Source: a virus (Duplodnaviria > Caudoviricetes). From it: a stretch of 38,394 nucleotides of DNA. The position numbers and the translations under genes were made by a program. Shown piece after piece: positions 33,956-38,394 of this stretch. Numbering within the stretch: position 1 is the first letter of the stretch; each line of letters opens with the position of its first letter. The DNA lies in IMG/VR virus record IMGVR_UViG_3300031655_000016, positions 1 to 38,394 of that record; one strand, given 5' to 3'. Under the pieces are notes generated by a model. That model did no database searches. It saw nothing but the letters and a program-made list of their open reading frames with translations, and was not told where the DNA came from.

Positions 33956-35585
33956 CTGGGCCTCCTAGAGCTTTAACCATTGGAGCAGCTTTTCCTGCAC
34001 CTTCAGCTACCTGAGATGCTTGCTGCATTTGTTCCTGCATTTTCATTTGTTCTTGTCGTTGTTGTCGTAGTTGTGCTATTTCTTCCTGTGAACGCATTAT
34101 TTGATTCGGTACAGCCATCCTTTCGCCAATGATTTGTAAAGCCTCATCCATATTAATAAGGTCAAGCACGTCAGGTGAAAACGATGCCATATTGGCAGCA
34201 ACCCCAAGCCATTGTTGAATACTTGTGACATCTTGTATCTTTTGATTTTTAGCCAATTGACCAACATATGACACTTCAATTTCATCGATGCCCTCCAAGG
34301 CTTTCGGGGTAGGTGGTAAAACACCTGACCTATTCATTATACCAAAACTACGAATAATTAATGGTGTTAGAACCTCACTCTCAAACCTTGCTACAGTAGG
34401 GCCAAGTAGTTTTTGTATTTGTTCTCTAACAGTAGCTACCTCTTCAGCCGTCATGTTTAGCTTTTCTGGTAAAACCAGTTGATCTGCTAAGAAGATACCT
34501 CTAATTGATTTTTTAAGTTCGTTTGCTTTTAGAGAAGATAGATCAAATCGTCCTTCAAATCTAAGGAATTTAAATCTTTCTGGTTCTCTAGAGTAGTTAA
34601 TAGCGGAAGGAGTCATTCTAAAAGTTCCAATGATACCTTGATCGGGTGCTATTAATGGTGGATGTACAGCAGTTGCTAATCCCTTAAGTTCTAATTCACG
34701 TATTTTGTTAATTGTTTTAATGTCTGGCATTGCGATATCCGCAGGACTTCTACCCCATAACTCTCCTGATGATTTCTCAAACCTACCTATAACGTAAGGA
34801 AGTTCATCAAAACCACTTTCTCTCACTAAGGTTTTAGAATCTACATGAATATCAAGGGCTGCATAACGCTTGTTTAGAGCGTCTTGCGAACCTGCCTTGT
34901 AGTCTTCCCTTGGCATCAAAGCACGAACAAAAGTAAACTTTTCATGTGGCCTTTCCTTGCAAGCCTTTTTCACCTTGTCGGGTAGTTTACGCATTCCAAA
35001 CATCTGCTTGGCTTGCCGTGCTGTAAATGTGTACTCCCAGAATACTGTGTCTGGATGTCCTCTCTTATCTTCTGCAAAACAAAACTGACCTGTAGGAATA
35101 GAAGTGAAAACTAATCCACCAAATCCTTCGCTGTAAGCATCGTTCTCTTCTAATAAAATATTGATTGTACCAAAGGAAGTGAAATCTAAAAACGCTTCAC
35201 CAATAGCAGTATAGAAATTACTTTCGTGCATACCAAAAAACATCTTTTGGGTTACATCATGAAACCAACGCTTAACTTCTGGGTCTTTATTTAATGGGGC
35301 TAGTGCATGTCCTGACGGTATGCCCAAACCAAACCAAACTACAGATTGTGGGACAAGAGCATTTTGCATAGACATAGCCATAAGACGGCTTGCTTCTGGT
35401 GCGGATGAATCAAATAATTTGTTGGTATGGCGTTCAGCCCCAATAATTGTAGAGCTATCTACACCCTGTTTTCGTGGTCTTATAAAATCTCTTACATCTC
35501 TAAAGAAAGGCTCCCATAGCATACGGTCTTCTTTTAGAACATCATATTGTCTAAGAATATCTTGGACTGAATACCTATAAGCCAT
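33939..35585 (-). CDS. Portal (head-tail connector)
   Basis: FDSSAP, SNFY, FGT, WGRSP, MTAEEV..REQ...LGP motifs of T7-type portals. Confidence 0.93.
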   Translation of the reverse strand: MAYRYSVQDILRQYDVLKEDRMLWEPFFRDVRDFIRPRKQGVDSSTIIGAERHTNKLFDSSAPEASRLMAMSMQNALVPQSVVWFGLGIPSGHALAPLNKDPEVKRWFHDVTQKMFFGMHESNFYTAIGEAFLDFTSFGTINILLEENDAYSEGFGGLVFTSIPTGQFCFAEDKRGHPDTVFWEYTFTARQAKQMFGMRKLPDKVKKACKERPHEKFTFVRALMPREDYKAGSQDALNKRYAALDIHVDSKTLVRESGFDELPYVIGRFEKSSGELWGRSPADIAMPDIKTINKIRELELKGLATAVHPPLIAPDQGIIGTFRMTPSAINYSREPERFKFLRFEGRFDLSSLKANELKKSIRGIFLADQLVLPEKLNMTAEEVATVREQIQKLLGPTVARFESEVLTPLIIRSFGIMNRSGVLPPTPKALEGIDEIEVSYVGQLAKNQKIQDVTSIQQWLGVAANMASFSPDVLDLINMDEALQIIGERMAVPNQIMRSQEEIAQLRQQRQEQMKMQEQMQQASQVAEGAGKAAPMVKALGGPDAFPL

Positions 35586-35586
35586 G

Positions 35587-36033
35587 TTATGCTCCTAGTA
35601 GCGTTTTTTTGTCTGAATCATCTCCAGCCCCACCTAAAACTCCTTCTGGTCTTTTTATAGCTCTTTTGCCTAGCTTAATACGACCTTTTTGTAGAGTTGG
35701 TACAGGATCTCTATTGGTAAAATATTTTCCTGTGTTAGCCTTGACATCTTTTAATGTGATGTCTTTGTTACTTGCATAACCAGAGAGTAGTTCATTAGGT
35801 ACTTTACCCTCACTAATAGCCCCATAGAAAGAACCCGTTGCGGATCTTCTCTTTACATTCTCTGGGTTGTCATACATGTAATCTACATAATCTTTAATGC
35901 CATCTACACGAAACTCTTCATCTCTTATACCTTGTAAGCGCTTACGTTCTTCATCTTGTTGTCTTTGTATCGCTGCGTAATCAGGTTGTGGTGGTGCGGA
36001 ACTACCCCCAAACCAACTCTTAAATTTACCCAT
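35587..36033 (-). CDS. Probable virion protein
   Basis: GGAG RBS before MGKFKSWFGG; ends KKTLLGA; immediately precedes the portal. Confidence 0.7.
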   Translation of the reverse strand: MGKFKSWFGGSSAPPQPDYAAIQRQQDEERKRLQGIRDEEFRVDGIKDYVDYMYDNPENVKRRSATGSFYGAISEGKVPNELLSGYASNKDITLKDVKANTGKYFTNRDPVPTLQKGRIKLGKRAIKRPEGVLGGAGDDSDKKTLLGA

Positions 36034-36037
36034 AGTA

Positions 36038-36511
36038 TTACTCCATCTTAAGTGATAAAACAGGGCCATGTTCCACCAACCCAGACTTCTTCATTAGATT
36101 AATAAATAGTTGTTGTTCTTTTTCTTCAAGCCCAGCAGTAGCTGTAGCGAATACATGAGAGCAATCCTGTTCTTTAGCCCACTTCAATGCGTAAGCTGCT
36201 AGTTTTCTACTAGCATCTGTTCTCCTACCAGATAAAAATACAAAAAACTTCCCTATATAACAGAACGGTCTGTCATGGTACTCTAAACTTCTAGCTAATA
36301 TTACATATCCTATTATTTCGTCATCCTTCTCAGCAACTGCAATGGCACAACCGTCATAATAGATGTGGTTGTAGATATACTTAAATGAGTTTTCTTCGTT
36401 ATATACAAGCCCGTAGTCGCTTTCTTCATTAATTGCTTTAGTTAAATGTACTATTTCACTAGCATCATCAGGTAATGCCAATCTAACCGTACTGTTAGTT
36501 ATCTTTTTCAA
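36038..36511 (-). CDS. GNAT-family acetyltransferase
   Basis: VRLA..DD...VAEKDDEIIGY...FFV...RR...LKWAKEQ. Confidence 0.8.
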   Translation of the reverse strand: MKKITNSTVRLALPDDASEIVHLTKAINEESDYGLVYNEENSFKYIYNHIYYDGCAIAVAEKDDEIIGYVILARSLEYHDRPFCYIGKFFVFLSGRRTDASRKLAAYALKWAKEQDCSHVFATATAGLEEKEQQLFINLMKKSGLVEHGPVLSLKME

Positions 36512-36819
36512 GACGATAGGAGTCCTTTTTCAGATTTATTACCTACAACCTTCTTCTTATAGAACAAACTTGGCTTGTTTATCTCTTCCTCTGTAGCAGC
36601 ACCTAGTCCTAAAGCCCCACCTTCATTGATAATGGTGTTTTCTCTGGTATCGGTAGACGCTAGTCGTGCCATCTTCCTTCTTTTCTCATCATCTAATTTT
36701 GCTTGTGTAATTGCAGCAGGCTCTGGTAGCTCAGTCTTAGGAGGCAGGTAGTCTGCTTCCTTTGGTGCTGGCATCATCATAGGTGCTGGCATTGCAGGCA
36801 TTGATCCTTTACCACCCAT
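36508..36819 (-). CDS. Pro-rich probable virion protein
   Basis: AGGAG RBS; MGGKGSMPAMPAP N-terminus. Confidence 0.7.
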   Translation of the reverse strand: MGGKGSMPAMPAPMMMPAPKEADYLPPKTELPEPAAITQAKLDDEKRRKMARLASTDTRENTIINEGGALGLGAATEEEINKPSLFYKKKVVGNKSEKGLLSS

Positions 36820-36832
36820 ATCTATCTCCTAA

Positions 36833-38350
36833 TTAAAAAACATCGTATTCTGATACCGCACTTGATTGCATTTCCTTAACTGTCAAATATCCTGCTTCAA
36901 ATCCTAGCGTACAGGTTGACAAAGAATCAAATCCATGAGAAGCCCAATTATGCAACGGTCTATTCTTATAACAGCCGTTCTTATCGTCCCATTCTTTACG
37001 GTAATTTTTTAAGCAAGTCAAGCCTCTACTACACTTATTCTCATCGAAGTAGAATTGTGGAAATAAGTTCCTAACGCTTTCAATCTTATCCATAACGTCA
37101 GCAGGTCTTGGTACAGTTTCAAATATTAGACCTTGTTCCCTTGCGAACTCTTTCCTAGTCTTGCCTATAGTAAAATCTCTTACCTCAATATCATGTGGTG
37201 CTAGATGTTTACCGTAACTAAAGTCTTTTGTTTTTAATAAATTAATATAATGTGTCAGACCTTCATCTGAGTTCTCATAATAATCTATGAATCTAATCGT
37301 ATCACGGTGTACTTGGAAAAACCAAATACAAGTTGTGTCATTAATACCTAGATCCCAACATGTATGTACAGCTAAACTTCTAATATAAGGTACTGTCGTT
37401 ACTCTTTGGTCTTTGTAAGCTATCTGTAAGTGACGTGATAAGTAAGCTCCCTCAATACTCTGTTCAAATGCTTCTTTTGCAGTTGTTGGATACTCACGTT
37501 TAACATCATCACCTAGCTCTGCTACTTTCTTAGCATACCATGACTTCTGTGCCTTTGTAAATGTACATCCTAGATCCTCTTCCTGTCTTTTAAAGTACGA
37601 TTCAACATCAGGAGTTAGTTGGGCGGTTGTGTCGAGCTTGTATGCGTTCTCTTTGTACCAAGGAAAAAAGAAAAACCTATAATCCATTGTAGTGAGTTCC
37701 TTTTGTGATATCCCTGCAAGTTCAGCATCACGACACTTAGTAAAGAAGTCACCTTCATTCCCCATAGCGGTAGATTCTATTGCAAGTAGTGCATCTCTGG
37801 GAAGAGTTTCTATACTACCTGTTCTTACCTCTCTTGCTTTCTCTGGTTCTTTGGCGCATATCTTGCCATACTCTGTAATCAATAATTGAGAGAGTGTTCC
37901 AGACCTCATTGAAGTCGAAACACGAAAGGCAGAGCCATTACTAAAGATCAAACGCTTTCCTTGTTCGCTATCTAGCTTAATTGTTTTGTGTATGAGTTCT
38001 CTTAGGGCAGGAATGTCTTTAGCTACGTTGTCCCAGACATCTTTAACCTTAGTACGGAAGATTTCTTCAGCGTTTTCTCTTGTATCAGCTATAATTCCTG
38101 CTTCTCTATTAGAATTAAACAGGCAATCATCCAAAAAGAGAACGGCAAAGAAGGTTGTAACCCCTAATTGCCGTGCTTTAAGTACTACTACTCTATTCCA
38201 AATGTTGTTATACAGTTCTTGTTGCGACCAATTGAGTCTAAAGGGTACTAATGCACTCCCTTCTTTCGGTCTTATATGATACAAATTGTTTAACCGCCAA
38301 GTACGGCTCTTAATTAGTTGTACTAGGTTCGTTCCCGTCTTTTTTGTCAC
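36833..38350 (-). CDS. terL: Terminase large subunit
   Basis: LKARQLGVTT Walker A, IESTA coupling motif, WDLG nuclease motif, PHD, HNWASHGFD. Confidence 0.95.
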   Translation of the reverse strand: MTKKTGTNLVQLIKSRTWRLNNLYHIRPKEGSALVPFRLNWSQQELYNNIWNRVVVLKARQLGVTTFFAVLFLDDCLFNSNREAGIIADTRENAEEIFRTKVKDVWDNVAKDIPALRELIHKTIKLDSEQGKRLIFSNGSAFRVSTSMRSGTLSQLLITEYGKICAKEPEKAREVRTGSIETLPRDALLAIESTAMGNEGDFFTKCRDAELAGISQKELTTMDYRFFFFPWYKENAYKLDTTAQLTPDVESYFKRQEEDLGCTFTKAQKSWYAKKVAELGDDVKREYPTTAKEAFEQSIEGAYLSRHLQIAYKDQRVTTVPYIRSLAVHTCWDLGINDTTCIWFFQVHRDTIRFIDYYENSDEGLTHYINLLKTKDFSYGKHLAPHDIEVRDFTIGKTRKEFAREQGLIFETVPRPADVMDKIESVRNLFPQFYFDENKCSRGLTCLKNYRKEWDDKNGCYKNRPLHNWASHGFDSLSTCTLGFEAGYLTVKEMQSSAVSEYDVF

Positions 38351-38394
38351 TATTTATCCTTGAGTTATAATCGAAGCCTGATTTTTTATCTTGA
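38244..38394. repeat. Terminal overlap, right copy
   Basis: Direct repeat of 1-151 with one mismatch. Confidence 0.95.

Noticed and set aside
16294-38279. Plus-strand ORFs within the late arm (e.g. 17614..18186, 30506..30892, 32694..33071, 33392..33775)
   Set aside because: Antisense shadows of well-supported minus-strand genes, with no recognisable motifs.
1-38394. Stop-codon reassignment, integrase or prophage state
   Set aside because: Core genes are full-length in the standard code, and no recombinase, repressor or host DNA is visible.

Overview
The window is an apparently complete, circularly closed dsDNA phage genome of about 38,243 bp. Positions 1-151 are repeated at 38244-38394 with one synonymous mismatch. 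The virion module is podovirus-type (T7-like portal, tail tube and ejection proteins in a BPP-1/epsilon15-like order). I recognise no RNA polymerase, DNA polymerase, primase, integrase or repressor. The plus arm (2785-12957) carries small early genes, an HTH protein, a DUF932-like protein, a YqaJ exonuclease, a Sak3/DUF1071-like annealase, an AT-only putative origin, a DnaB helicase and a resolvase. The minus arm runs about 27 kb from a near-consensus sigma70 promoter at 2028-2056, through the assembly junction, to 13015. It carries lysis genes, terminases, head, tail, ejection proteins, tail fibre and a 2OG-Fe(II) oxygenase. A spanin-type lipoprotein implies a Gram-negative host. The most unusual signals are non-coding. 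First, a complete sigma54-type promoter architecture (paired dyad sites, an IHF-like site and a -24/-12 box) precedes a stand-alone orphan gene, and no phage activator is recognisable. Second, three related structured RNA-like elements lie in the early region, two of them tandem with compensatory stem changes. Third, there is a 61-bp perfect purine/pyrimidine alternation. Fourth, AATTCCC and YATAGGTAT motifs recur in one orientation. All family assignments come from motif recognition by eye; no searches or folding programs were run.
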